Assembly (NCBI GenBank): GCA_022813965.1
Contig: JALDZS010000015.1
Location: forward strand, 124,001-188,000
DNA: 64,000 nt
Direction: 5' to 3'
From: Toensbergia leucococca
Lineage: Eukaryota
Positions 1 through 13,044 of the stretch are shown here, in pieces (position 1 is the first letter of the stretch; every line of letters starts with the position of its first letter). The translations under genes were made by a program, and so were the position numbers. Below the pieces are notes generated by a model, which was given only the letters and a program-made list of their open reading frames with translations, did no database searches and had not been told where the DNA came from.

Positions 1-809
1 AACAGCGAGCAATTGATGATCCAGATGCAAGCCAAGGTACTCACACGAATCGCGAACTGGATTCGCTCAGCTCCGAGACAATGACTCTCTACCGAAACTT
101 CGCGGCACGCATTAAAAGCATCAAACAGCAGAGGGAATCTGGGGATCCGAGGAATGCACCACAAGTTGGTAAGGTTGATCGGAAACTCAGGACGGCCATC
201 AATCAATATCAACAAGTGGAGAGCGACTTTCGAAGGAAATTGCAAGCCCAAATGGAGAGACAGTACCGGATCGTTAGGCCTGATGCTAGTGATTCCGAAG
301 TCCGCGAGGCTTGTGAAGACACGTCAAACAATCAGGTTTTCAGTCAAGCTGTAAGTGCAATGCGTCGAATTGCTCAGTCAAATATTAATGCGGCCTACAG
401 CTACTTCAAAGCGATCGCCGTGGTCAATCACAATCCGCCTTACGTGCAGTTCAAGGTAGACATGAAGCTATACAGAAAATCGAGTCTCAAATGATCGAAC
501 TTGCCCAATTATTCCAAGATATGGAGGCCCTCGTTGTACAACAAGAGCCTGCCGTGATGAACATTGAACAGAAAGGCGAGGAGGTTCAGGACAATGTGGG
601 AAAAGCGAACGTGCATATGGATGGAGCCATCCAAAAAGCCCGGAGTCGCAATCGGAAGAAGTGGTGGTGCTTACTTATCGCTCGTAAGTTCTTGGTACAA
701 ATCTTACATACGGTGTTATCTGTACTGACTTGGATTCCCAGTGCTCATTATCATTATCATTGTCGTGGTTGTTGTGGTGGTGGTCGAAGTTGTACACAAT
801 GGAAAATAG
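1..809 (+). CDS. sso1: Plasma-membrane syntaxin (Sso1/Sso2-like t-SNARE), 5' truncated by window edge
   Basis: ERQYRIVRPDASDSEVRE and IELAQLFQDMEALVVQQE (SNARE motif), then KARSRNRKKWWCLLI plus a C-terminal TM (IIIIIVVVVVVVV). GT-AG introns 351-400 and 684-741; stop TAG 807-809. Confidence 0.93.
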
Positions 810-1449
810 GTCACGACTTTCTTCTAGCTATGTGCCCGCTCCTGGTAAAACCTCACGAAAAATGTCGAATACTCGTCTCTTAGGTTTTCAGGTTCCTGTG
901 GCTGAAAAGTCAATTAAGTGTTGGGTGTCTTCAGCGACTTTGGCATTGATGCCTTGAATCTCTTGTTACTCGATTCCCAGAGTGCAGCCTGTACTGGTAG
1001 CTGGCTCTTCAGGTTGATTGGATGTTGGGCTCCATCAGATTTGTTTGCCTCTTTACCTACGTTCCTCTTCATGTGTTAGTTACTCGGACGACGAGGCCTC
1101 CTCTATTATCGTACAAGAGGCTTCATCGCATAAGGCTATGTAATGTACTACAGTTTAGATGGATTTTGATTCTTGATTGAGACATGTTTGCTACCCAAAT
1201 AAGAAGACAAGGCCCATTCTGTCAAATTGCCAATTTGTTACTCTCATTTTAAGCCTTCACCAGCTTCGTCGGCCTGAATCCCGAATCGCCGATTGGACAC
1301 CTTATGTCTAGCTGCCGTCCTCGTCTAATGGCTTTATCGTTTAGGGGCCGTCGCGGATGTTGATCTTGAATTGAGCCTTTTGTCTTTAATGAAACATGAG
1401 AGCCTGCCTTCAAAGAAATCACCGGTACCTCCTGTGAACATCTTTCAAC

Positions 1450-2229
1450 ATGTTGAGATGGTGAGTACATGACAGTGAATACCACTTATACGCACAAATG
1501 CTTACATCATCTTACGCTCAGGTATCAGATGAGGCTTGCTCAGCGCCCGCTGCTCACCCAAAGCATTACCACGGCCGTTAGTCAAGTCAACCCGAGGTTT
1601 GAGGCTTAGAGTCATTCTAATGATTCCATTTGTTTGCTTAGGTGCTCTTCGCGACCGGTGATGTCATGGCACAGCAAGCAGTTGAGAGGGTAGGGGTCGA
1701 GAAGCACAACTTGGCACGCACGGGACGTATGGCATTATACGGTGGTGGTGTGTCCACCTCTTATCATATCAATAATTGCAATACTTCATCGGACCTCTGA
1801 TTTGCTGACTCTTGATCCAAATTGTATAGCCGTCTTCGGCCCCGTTGCGACCACCTGGTTCAAGTTCCTCCAAGAAAAGATTGTCCTCAAAAACGCCAAT
1901 GCCACCATTGCAGCACGCGTCATGGCAGACCAATGCATATTTGCACCCACCAACATGTTTGTCTTCTTGAGCAGTATGGCGCTCATGGAGGGAAGCAGCC
2001 CAAAGGATAAATTGGACAGCACGTATAGCACGGCGTTGCAAAAGAATTGGATGCTTTGGCCGTGGGTGCAGGCAGCGAACTTCAAACTGGTGCCATTGGA
2101 GCATAGGGTCTTGGTGGTCAACGTCATCTCATTGGGTGAGTGGGTTACGATCGAGGTGATTGGGAAATGGACTGACCACGGGGTTTAGGGTGGAATTGTT
2201 ATCTGAGCTTTCTTAATAGCAAGGGCTGA
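1450..2229 (+). CDS. sym1: Mpv17/PMP22 family inner-membrane protein
   Basis: Spliced N-terminus [22 protein letters not shown], then [48 protein letters not shown]. Several short GT-AG introns; TGA 2227-2229. Confidence 0.93.
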
Positions 2230-2779
2230 TCTCGTCAATGGAGGTGGTTTTCCAATTTTGGTGTGATTGCAAGAAGAACCTCGCATGCTTCCAGACGGGG
2301 GTTCCGAATGGTCCAAGAGGGTTAAAGGGTTATAAGGGCATTCGAGCTCCAAAACTTCTTTTCGAGTCACTGTGGTGCATTTTCTGCAAGAGATATCCAG
2401 GAATCGGAGGCGTCGGACGTATAGATTTTTTTTTCCAGCGTTGCAATACAATCATTATAACTGTCTACGTCTATGTGGAACTAATCTCGCAGATGCCGGG
2501 CTCATCCACCAATGAAGAGATATCCAAATCTACTCCAACCCCGGTCGACTGATTCTTACAAGACTAAAAAAGTTGGTAAAGACAGCAAACCATTGAACAG
2601 CTGATGTTAGACGCTCACCTCTCACGCAACGGTTGCAAATGGGAAACTTCGCCGTTACCTTTTCCATCCATCCCGCCAGCTCCAAGGCCTCACACAGTTC
2701 ATCAGCCTCCTGATGACATCACTGCTTCCCTACTGCCATCATCAATAGCCCCTTGCAACCTCCAGCCTGTTACCTATCT

Positions 2780-3420
2780 CTCCTAGGCCGCCATTGTCGT
2801 AACGGGGTAAAAGGGGTTCAATACTCCTTCAGCCTTGGCGGACCTGTCTTGCTTGACCGAGGCACAACCTGGATTAAACAAAGAAGGTCTTTGCTGTTTT
2901 TGGGCTGCCTTTGTTCTCGCGTATGTCGGCCATGCCGCCATACGTCGTCTCTGCTCGGTGTCACTGTTGAAGATCCTATCAGGTGATCGCTAGGACTTCT
3001 CTAGCTGTCAGGATCACATCAATTTCGGGCCCAAAAGAATTTCCTTGGAAGCGACATTTTGAATAAAGCAGCCCTTGGGCGGCAACAAGCTTGCAGTCGG
3101 GCGCACGTCTGGGCCACTGCAATGCTGACCATGGCATTGATAATATCAAATCCGCCATCTCTCCACGTTTAAGTATTGAGCAGTGCCTGATATGCCACGA
3201 TGCCGCGCAGAAAGCGTCTAAAACTATTTCAACTTCACTGTCATGTTATCAGCCCTGGGAATCGATGAACAGGTAGCGGGCCTGCTTTACCGATGTTTGA
3301 ACTCATTTAGTTTTTGTGGGAACCCGAACATTACTTCATCATGTTGAATAGGCTTTGTAGCCTTTCAGGGTTTTGAGTGCGTAAACGCTAAGGCTTAGGA
3401 AGTGTCCAGCAGGGCACTTG
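2780..3420. other. Hairpin-dense intergenic segment, possible structured ncRNA (identity unknown)
   Basis: No convincing ORF. Many nested complementary segments, e.g. 2902-2916 with 3061-3074, hairpin 2920-2944, 3091-3097 with 3116-3122, 3220-3226 with 3308-3314. Confidence 0.2.
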
Positions 3421-4873
3421 ATGAGCCTCCAAAAGCAACGATGACTCACCAAGGATCGTGATTTTTTTTGTAACAGTGTTGATCATGCCCATCAAGGTCC
3501 TTTGGTTTGGCTCCTGGGATGAGCTGATGTGTAGTACTAGCAGTCTTGAAATATGATATTGGTGTATGTGAGTTTCTTGCGCTTTCACTATCGACGACTT
3601 GGTTGTTGACTAGAGATTTTCTTTACTGTATTGGATGATCTATTTTCTCAATATTCATGACCGTATGTTACTGAGAGATATTAACTGACGACAATGATTA
3701 ATTTCTTGGAATTTATTGTGTACCGGACGACTCTAATTTTTGTTTTATTCTAAAATAAGAGAACTCCTGCTGCCTTTGATACTTCATCTTGGCGTTGCTG
3801 AACTGTTAGATTTTGAGATGCGAATTTTGGTGTAAATAGGCTAAGAAGAAAGAAACTGCTGTTAAAAAAGGCTGAACTATTACCACCTGCAATCTGGACT
3901 GGAGAAAATCATGAAGGTTACCAGTAGTGGCTGTCATCTGACTATATTCAATTTTGAGGTTTCAGGTAAGGAAATGGTCTATGAAGATTGTGTTCGTTCA
4001 TTTGCTTCATCATCTTCCATACCTCGGCTTCAAGCATCCTTGCAGGCTTACTGGCTTACTTGTATTCTACCACGTCACCTTTCTCATCTTACCTTTTCCC
4101 TTCACAGATTTCAATATTCAGTGAATATCGTCCATTATACATGGGCTCTTATGAGGAATTTCCGAACTCTGACGCAAGAAAGTATCAATTTCTCTGCCTT
4201 GCTATGATAGAATAGGCCAGCCTCGCACGTCAGAGATCCTGCTCATCTCCCACCCATACTTCAGCCGCAATCTAACCAAAGACAATCACATCAAATCCCT
4301 ACCCCTGTATTCGACCTATCCGGAACCTCAACCGACCCGCCCGGACCCCACAAACATGAGGAAACAGCTAGGCGCTCTCTTGAATACATCTCATCATCAG
4401 CCAATTTGCGTAACCCGAAGAACCAACCAAAACCCTTCGCTCCAAGTTCCCCAACCTCACTCGATGCTTACTCTACCAAATTCAGGGGCTCTTGACCGAA
4501 AGGATCACAGCTGTCATACCAGGTCAGGCCCTCTAGCTGACACATCTAACCAAACAGCCCACGTGGGTATCTCACAACTCCCATTAAGTCATCGTTCATC
4601 AGATCATCTTACGGACATGGGATATGAAGCCATCCTGTGTGACCCGGGCAGGCAGAGAAACTAAGCCACCTTCATGCGAACCACTTACGTAAGTCTTCCA
4701 TCTTCTGTGCCTCAATACGACTCCCGACTTGGCTCACCGCTTCAAGTTGCAATTCCGCTCATGGTGACAAGACTTCTCTATAAAGCTCCCAGAATTCCCA
4801 CGCCCTCTCCTTGAACCCCCGAACACTCCTTCACTTCTCCAGATCTTTCAATCCAAACCTCCAACCATTAGAA

Positions 4874-5347
4874 ATGAAGTTACCTACCCAATCCCTCATC
4901 CCACTTCTCCTCCTCCTCTCCCCATCGTACGTACCCCTTCCTCTCAAAAAAGTGGGCAAAACCCCCTCCTGACCCCAAATCCAGCCTCGCAACAGCAGCC
5001 TGCACCACAACCCTCACCGTTCTCCCCTCCATAGACAATCTCAACCCAACAACAACAACCTATCTCTCAACCCTCACAACCTCCCTCCCCCTGAACTGCC
5101 ACGGCTGCACCGACATTGCCACCACCACTGCGCATCTCGGTCCCGGGCCCGTAAGTCTCTTCTCTTCACCCCCCCATCACTCCCATCTTCCGTCCATCAT
5201 TCTTTATATGAGAGCAAAGAAGCTGAAATGTTTTGCGCGCGATAGGAAAAACCATCGCCCACGGCTACGCTGATCGAGGCTGTGACTACGACTACGGTGC
5301 TTTACTGCGAGAGTTGCAGCTGCTCCGATGAGGGGCAAGAATTGTAA
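4874..5347 (+). CDS. Small secreted Thr/Cys-rich protein, 3 exons (not in ORF track)
   Basis: Exons 4874-4926, 4985-5150, 5246-5347 give MKLPTQSLIPLLLLLSPSLATAACTTTLTVLPSIDNLNPTTTTYLSTLTTSLPLNCHGCTDIATTTAHLGPGPEKPSPTATLIEAVTTTTVLYCESCSCSDEGQEL*. TATAAA near 4779. Confidence 0.8.
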
Positions 5348-6214
5348 TGGTTTTGATGCATCTGTTGGAGTATGTATGCAGTGAGCTAGCTTAGATTTCT
5401 GAGGGGGGGAGGCAGTAGTTTGACGGCGTGTCTTTTGGTCAAGCAGAGAGGAAGAGGTAGAGATCTGATTGAATAGGTTGATGATTGAAAAAAAGAATAG
5501 GTGGGTAGGGGTATCTTCTGTACGGCCAGAATGCTTCTTCTAACGCTACAAACTTCTGTTGTGACCTTTTTTGCAAATGAGTTGATTAATTTTTTCTTAA
5601 TGTGTTCTCTAACAACTCATAGGCGTAGGCTGAGTGAAACATGAGAAAATTTGCGCATCAAGGAAACCTACCTATCTATTTTCCAAAAAGTTTATAAAGT
5701 TCAGATTTTTTGTGATGGTTTAAGCAAAAGACTTTTACTTATATTTCTTTTTTGCACTATCCCCCCCCCTTAGCGGGGTTTTAAGAAGAGAAAAAAGAGG
5801 GATGAGGGATTTGCTTTTTGAATGAGGCTTGAGAGTGAGGCATGAGCTGTGACTCTATTGCATGTTTGAGTCTTTATTATTTCATCCGGGTGAATGAAGA
5901 TTATAAGAAGGTTGAGTTTGGATTCAATCTGATTTATTGCTTCAAAGATAAGGTATCTACCTATGCTTTTCTACCTCCCCTTCGGGTCCACAAATGCATG
6001 ATCAGCTCACGCAAATCTAGCTAGATCAACCATAACAACCTAGGGTTTTCAAGTTAAAGGAAAATTGTCATTCATCTTTTTGTTGAAAGAGAGCATTTCC
6101 TTCTCACAATTCTACCGTCATCATTTTTTTTTTCAACGTTGATGACAACTGTGAGATGGAGGTTTTCATCCGTTGAAAAAAAATAACCTCCCCACCCATG
6201 GTAGTGGTTCATTT

Positions 6215-7013
6215 CTAAACTGCACCCATCCGTCAACAGTGCCCACATGACGAGGTGGAGAAAGATCTCAATCGAAAGAAAAAACAACGGAACCTACCTC
6301 TCAGAGGCGAAGGATGCAGAATCCCAGACCCTGAGGCATTTTAGTGAGTAAAAGCCACGCGAATCAGGATAGTGGGGGTAAGAAGAATGAAACATACCTC
6401 CCAGGGGCGAAGGGTGCGGGATCGCAGTATAAGAGCACACCAGAACCGTGGAAGTCGTGATTGGAAAAGTCACCGTGGCGATGACATGGCGGACCTTTGC
6501 CCCCCCCCCCAAAAAATCAACAAAATTGCCTTTATCTTTCAAGAAAACTAGAATAGGGAGAGCGCGTGTTTCAGGGGTGAAGAAAAACTCCGCGAGAAAA
6601 TAATAGGCAATCTATTGCATTGCTGACAGAGATTTCCCAACAACAACAGTAAAAAGCGGTAAAACAACGAAAAGACCAGCGAAAAACTCACCGGTCCATG
6701 TCCCAAGCGCACAGTCCCAACCTCCAGCTCGCCGCAACTGCCGCAGTCGACGCGCGCGGTGGCGGTGGCGGTCGAGGCGTAGAGGGTTTGAGTTTGGGAG
6801 TCGTTTACTTTGGGCAGGGCGGGGAGGGTGGTTGTGCAGGCTTTTGCGCTTTTTTGGGGGGGAGGGGGGTTAGGGTGGGGGTTTGTTGAGGGGGTTAGAG
6901 GGGGGGTTTTGTTGAGGGGGTTAGAGGGGGGGTTTTGTTGAGGAGGGGGAGGGGGGGGATACTTACGTTGTGGCTGCGAAGAAGAGGAGGGTGGGGAGGT
7001 GGGAGAGGTGCAT
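6215..7013 (-). CDS. Small secreted Thr/Cys-rich protein, paralogue of 4874-5347
   Basis: ATG 7013; MHLSHLPTLLFFAATT|AKACTTTLPALPKVNDSQTQTLYASTATATARVDCGSCGELEVGTVRLGHGP|VRHVIATVTFPITTSTVLVCSY... First two introns fall at the same positions as in the paralogue (donors GTAAGT, GTGAGT). The 3' exons are less certain. Confidence 0.72.
6865..6942. repeat. Intronic minisatellite, ~25-bp unit x3 (GGGGGTTAGAGGGGGGGTTTTGTTGA-like)
   Basis: Direct tandem repeats visible within intron 1 of the minus-strand small secreted protein gene. Confidence 0.75.
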
Positions 7014-8860
7014 TTTGGTTGAGTGATTTGTGGTGGGGGGGTGTTTTTGAGGTGAGGGGGATATTGAGTTGGTGGATGGATGTGATGGGTGGTGGGGAGA
7101 TGAGATTGAGATGAGATGAGTATAAGTACTTCAAAGATCGCTGAAAGATGAATTGAAAAATTTTGTGAATCTCAAGGCACGGTGAATCTGAGTTTGAGAA
7201 AGAGAAGATTCACATCTTTAAGTTTTTTTTTTTTTGACATTCACTAAGGGTATTGACAGCAAAGAAAAGTAACTCATGTTAGATTCACAACGGACCATGC
7301 TCTCAGCACGCATTTTGGAGCTGAGGGACTGAAATGAGAGAGGGTTTTTGGGCTGGTGTTACCATCTAGCTATTATTTGTATACGCAAGGCATTGCGGCT
7401 TGGTTATTCAGGTAAGATTTCTTTGAATTGGTTTGTGATTTGAAAATATTTTTTGTGGATGGGGTGTGAAAGGATTATAGGGTGTGAATAGCGGGTCATG
7501 AAATCTGTCATCAAGGATTCTGCGACGATTAATGGGTTGAGAGGGGCTGTTTTAAATTTTTCGGGGATTTCTTTTGAAAGAGGGATGAAAGTGGTTTTAG
7601 GGGGGTTGAAATGCAGTAGCTTGCAGCCATTACTGCAGGTACGAATGATATAGGACATGACTGAGTTGGTAGGTAAGGTAGGTAAGGTGACTGAATGTCA
7701 CATGCACTCCACGTGAGTGTTCGTCGCATAACATGCCATCGGTAATACTATACGTAGCAAGACGATCCTTAAAAGGAAACTCTAGACCTGCTGGTAGGAT
7801 TCGGTATCACCCTTCCCCTGCTTTTTTGGAATCTTCGGAAGATTGTTAGTCATGAATAGTCCCGAGAGGCTCGAACAGTCTCTGAACTCGGAAAGGAGTC
7901 ATCTGAAGCCAAACTTATTGATCCTACCCCCAGACGTCGAATATGCTGTTCAAGGGGGTTCAGTATCTCTGAGGAGAATAAATTTGCGTGCTAGCTCAGA
8001 TCAGCCGCTCACGGGGAAGTAATTGTCAAAGAGTCGGCTCTGGCAGAGTATGGAAGATCGATTGAGGCAGTGCATGATAGGGTATAGTCCGTACAGCTCG
8101 AGACGGTTCATTAGTCCGAAACGCCAGTCGCTTCTTCTCATCCTGCTCTCTCTATTTTGTGTTGTCCTTCGTCATCTAATAGTCTGTAGTATACACGCTG
8201 ACAAAAGAGTGAATGGAAGGCGAAGAAGTCAGAATAAGCAAAGGTAATATCATAAGAAAAAGAGTCGAGGGAGGGACAACTTTGCCAGTTAAGACTCTAG
8301 ATATATGAAAGATGTTCTTGAATATATAGAACCGACTTTCCGTAGTAGCTGTATAATGTAGAAGGTCCTTCGCTTTTGAAATCTGCCTTCTTCTCCGTCT
8401 ATTATTCATATGAGATCAGAATCTAGAAAATGTCAGAGGAACCAGGAGCGCCACGATCCCAGTGCTTAGAAATTGTACCGGATGCAATGTCTTTTTATTG
8501 GAGAAGGAATTCGACAACAGAAGGCAGGTTGCTGAAACTATAATGTTTCTCGATTTGTATATTCTTTAAGGCTCCCCATGAGTTTCCCAAACAACATTCT
8601 CGTCTAGCTCTAGTCAAAATTCAACTCGGGGAATCAATTGGAGGTTCCATCTGGGTGTCAGCATGGTATTTTCGTTTTAGCTTCGGCTCAACAGCCTAGC
8701 ATATATGAAAGCTCCTTGGATATGTACCTGCCTAGGTATCAACCGGCAACGCCAAATAGCTTCTACGAGCTACTAGCAAACTCCGAACCGACACGCCAGA
8801 AGCCCCATAAGAATCTGTCCACTCCCGCCGCCAGTCAAGGATTCGCTGGAGCTCAAGTCA

Positions 8861-9821
8861 TCAGACTGTGAACTTGGCCTTCGCCCTCGTGCTTCCGCTA
8901 TGCGCACTCTCCGTATGCCCGGAGAACTCCACCACCTCTGCATCTTTCAACTTCAACACGTCCTTGAACTTCAATCCTAACCCCTCCAACACATCACGGC
9001 TCTTCTCCGGACTCCTCCCTTTTCCGCCGGCAACATCGCCTTCGCCACCACCTGGGATGCTCTTGCCAACTGTCTTCGTCCATAGACCAATCCGGTAGAA
9101 ACCCTTGCGTACGTTTACGACCACACCCATCACCTCGCCATCATCCTGGTTCTCAAGAGTCTCGCCGATGGCAGCCAGCATGATATGCAGCCAGAGTTCA
9201 TCGATGGGGACACCGCGCTTATCCTTGAACTGGTATGCCCATTTCCCGCCGTGTTTATTTTGAGGGTCCTCCCATTCCGGACGTATGCCTTTCTTGAATA
9301 GGTGATAGTCAGACTTCAGAGCTAGCTCCGAGGTTGGTGTGATATTGTTCTGTCAGAGAATGTCACTGTTAGTATAAGTTTACGGTGCGAAGTATCAAAT
9401 CCACGAGAGCAAGCTAAGACATACGTATACACCCCAGAATTCCTCCACAGAATCAAACGTGACCACTTCTTTGAGGAGGTCGCTCCAGTTGTCTCCCTGT
9501 TGAAAGGTTAGCATGATAAATTGTGAGGGAAAAGCGAGTCTCATAGTTCACCTTCCCGGTCGGGGGCTTGGTGAACCATAGGGTCCATTCATGCATCAAA
9601 GGATGCTTGACATTGAAATTGTCAGGATCATGGAAAACGGTGACTATTTCCTCGGATTTGGGAGGTGCAACACCATTTGGTCTAGTGTTCTCGTCGTTCA
9701 TTTTGTAGTTTGTCTCGTTGGTACTCTTGGTCGGGGAGATCGGGATGGTATCGAGGGGAACGGGTGAGCTGGGCTTTGGTATTCCGTTATTGAGAGAAGG
9801 AGATTCGAGGGTGGCCATCAT
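8861..9821 (-). CDS. eIF4E: Eukaryotic translation initiation factor 4E (cap-binding protein)
   Basis: VKHPLMHEWTLWFTKP, FDSVEEFW, DYHLFKKGIRPEWED, WLHIMLAAIGETLE, VVVNVRKGFYRIGLWT; two introns. Confidence 0.95.
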
Positions 9822-10658
9822 AGGTATCGCGATGTTAACAAATAGAAGTGTGAATCAGGGCGAGAGTGAATGTTAATCGCAGGAAACGAAATCGTGGTCA
9901 CTGGCGCACAGATCTACGACTTGAGATGGTGCTCACTTGCAGAATCTATGTTGGGATTTAAATTGCAAGAAGCTGCGCCAGGCAGCGAGATTTCTAAGGA
10001 AGAGTTGAACTTCCGATCTCTCTTTTTTGCTTGCAGCTAATTGAGACACGACGTTGGAAAAGTTTGCTACGAGTACGGTGGCCCTAATATCGAAGCCTAT
10101 TTCCTCACTCTTCCTGAGAAAAATACAACATTGATAGGGATATATATCCGTTAGAGATGCTGTCATTAGTGCCATCGAAACTCAGACGCATCACTTCCGA
10201 GCAACATTCAGAACATGTATATCAGAGACTTGGTAAAATCTTCAAGTTTCAAATCCATGCAATCGGCACCAAAACACCGAGGCGCCATAGCATGGGAATA
10301 AAGGTTTCTACATGGTTTTGGTAGATAGTATCATGATTGCAGCATCCGTTTTCCCACGGAAGCCACCAGTAGCCCGATCACTGCGAGTGTTTGTCACAGC
10401 TTTGACGCTGAAAGACCCGACTGCAAGCTGGCGTTGGCGGCTAGCAAATTGAGCGAGAACAAGACAAGACATTGCCAGAGGTTGATTTCTCCATACGTAT
10501 CGAGAATTATGGTAGATACCGCGAATTCAGGCTGCTGCACAGGAAGGTCAGGAAAACAAAACAAGTAGGAGTGTAGAAATGATGGAGCGCCTGTGAAAGA
10601 CACACCTCTGTAATTGAGATACCTTGATGACTTAAAGACGATCGCATACCTAGGTCTA

Positions 10659-13044
10659 CTAAGTGGAGGAGGGATAATTTGCTCCGTTGCAGTCGGTAAT
10701 GGGCCGGCAAGGGAATCCACCACTTATAGATATGAAACACTCGTAGTCTTTCTGACCAGTGTTTTTGTCCGAAAATGTATATTTCATGTAATAAGCTTGC
10801 CACATGTTCTCGTTGACAAGTGTTATGTTGCTACAATAATTGACCATGAAGTTGCCCGGTGTCGTGGAGCCTTGGGTAGCTTGTGCGATGGTAATGTTCA
10901 CACCATCAGTAGTTGCAGTGGTGTTTTGATTTTGGAGTATGCTAATCAACCGATAGATTTAGCTGAAGTCTCGGGAAAATGAACCTTGAGTCTGAACTGA
11001 CCTGAGGGCAATGTCCTGAGGTAGAATATTACCCCAAACAGTTCCATTGAGGATGGGATGCGAAGCACCTGGAGCGGGCTTCATGATTGGCGTTTCTTCA
11101 GGGTAATTGTCTTCACCGTCGTCATCGTGGGAACTGCGTCGGTATTTATGTCTGCGTCGGTGCTTATGTCCATGTGGCTCTGATGCTATTTTGTTCTGTA
11201 TGTATGTGTAGATATTCTTGAAATTGACGTACATTAGATAGAAGGAGCCGCTTTGGTTGGGCACAGTGATGCAGATATCTGGTTGTTTTGCACCGTTAAG
11301 ATCGACTAGATTTCCCCAATCTTGGTCGTTACTCTGTGACTTTGTATCACTGCATGCATAATTCACATGACTACGCAAAACTTGTTAGGCTAGAAACGCT
11401 TTGCAAAGTGAGTCCGGATAGATGACTTACATTAAGACAACAACGTCGGCAGGATTGCCAGCCCATAGGAGGTTTATGCCTTTTGCCCAGAAGGTTGCCA
11501 ACATATTCGCTCTTATAGCGGTCGTATTAGCGAACGACGAGATGGGGTGTGTCTCGTTTCCGAGATATACGCCGCTTCCCATTTGCCACCCTAGGAAATT
11601 TAAGGAGCTCTCAGATCCGTCAAAAGTTCGAGCTAGCACATGGCTAGCAATTGCCAATATTGTCTGATACAGCTGGGTCATTAAGTCGGCAAATTTTGCT
11701 CCTTGGTTTAGGACATCAGCTAAACTATGGAGGAATAGTCGGTCAGCGTTGCACTTGAGACTTTGGACTTGTAGAGTACCTACGAGCTGAAGTGATCGCC
11801 TTCTTTTAGGATTGCTTGTGTCTCTTCGGTCCAAGAAACGGTGCCCTCAGTAGCTATCATTGCTGTAGATCCCCCATGCCCTCCAGGATCTCCTGGCGCT
11901 ACTTGCCCAGGTTCATAGCCTGGTGGTTCTTCAGATGGTGGATCACCCGGATCCGGGTTCTCTTCTACAGGTACCGTTTCTCCTTCACCATCCAATGTGG
12001 GTGAGTAAGCTGGTAAGTCCTCTTCCGGTATATCATCGATGAGTTCTTCAGGGTTGTTTGGGTCCTCCACGGAATATGCAGGAAGTTGTTCTAGGTCTGG
12101 GTCATCTTCTTTACCATCAGCAACGTCAACCTTAGTATCGGGGCCGTAACCATCCTCCCCGTCAATTGCCCCTGGGTCTTTCTTATCATCTGCACCGCTG
12201 GCGACTTCTCCATCTGCGACAGATTCAGCGTCATCTTCGCCCTCCATTGCCACCTCGTCTACAACTACACTGCTTTCTTCAGCAGCTCCTTCAGCAGCTC
12301 CTTCTCCTGCCATAAGCCCTGCTTCCATGGCTCCATCGACAGCGATATCGGCTGGACCGAGGAATAGTCCTGCTGCGCCCACGATGAGTCCAAGAACAAT
12401 TTCGGTGATTTCCATGCCTAGCTGACTGGGTTCTGAGTCTAGAATGCTGAATGTGTCGTAAGCTTGTTGAAGCGCCCCTTCCACGTCACCCCAAACAGTA
12501 GTTATTTGATTGATAATTGTTGTGAGTAACTGAGATCAACAATTTAGTATGAAACACATAGATGGATGATTGGTGACCTTGATCTCACCCCATGAATGCC
12601 AATGACGGATTGTGCAATAGTGTAGCATCCAGCTATTTTGGATTCTGAACAGGTCTGAGGCATGCTACAAGCGATATCGGGATCGCCACATCCACCTGCA
12701 TAGTTATCCTCGAATTCACAGAATTGTGCAAAGGTTCCCATCAGATCATAGGACTGATTGTAGTACTGATTGATCCATATCTTGGCAAAGGTCGGCCATA
12801 TACTAGTGGCACCCGAGTCGTCCATAATCTGTGCATTCTTCTTGTAGTCCCAAGCGTCAATTACGCTGGGGTCCTGGCAATTCACATTGAAGAACCAATA
12901 TTTGGCAAGTTTACTCTCAAAGGAGCTAATAGTAATGGGAGCATTTCCATCAGTAGTTGAAGGAACATCGTTCCTTGCAAAGACAGTTGAAGGGCCGTAA
13001 AGCATTAATGGAAGGAGGAGTAAAAGACATGAAAAGAAGTTCAT
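10659..13044 (-). CDS. Large secreted Cys-containing protein with hydrophobic hairpin and acidic linker (5 exons)
   Basis: Signal peptide MNFFSCLLLLLPLMLYGPSTVFA. ORF pieces 12544-13044, 11780-12484, 11427-11834, 10959-11378 and 10659-10949 join in frame through four GT-AG introns. Motifs FDGSESSLNFL, WGNILPQDIAL and GSTTPGNF. Confidence 0.75.

Noticed and set aside
3200..3330. RNase P-like CAGAAA...stem...TGGGAA arrangement
   Set aside because: The flanks do not pair as P10/11, and no convincing CR-I, CR-IV or CR-V motifs were found.
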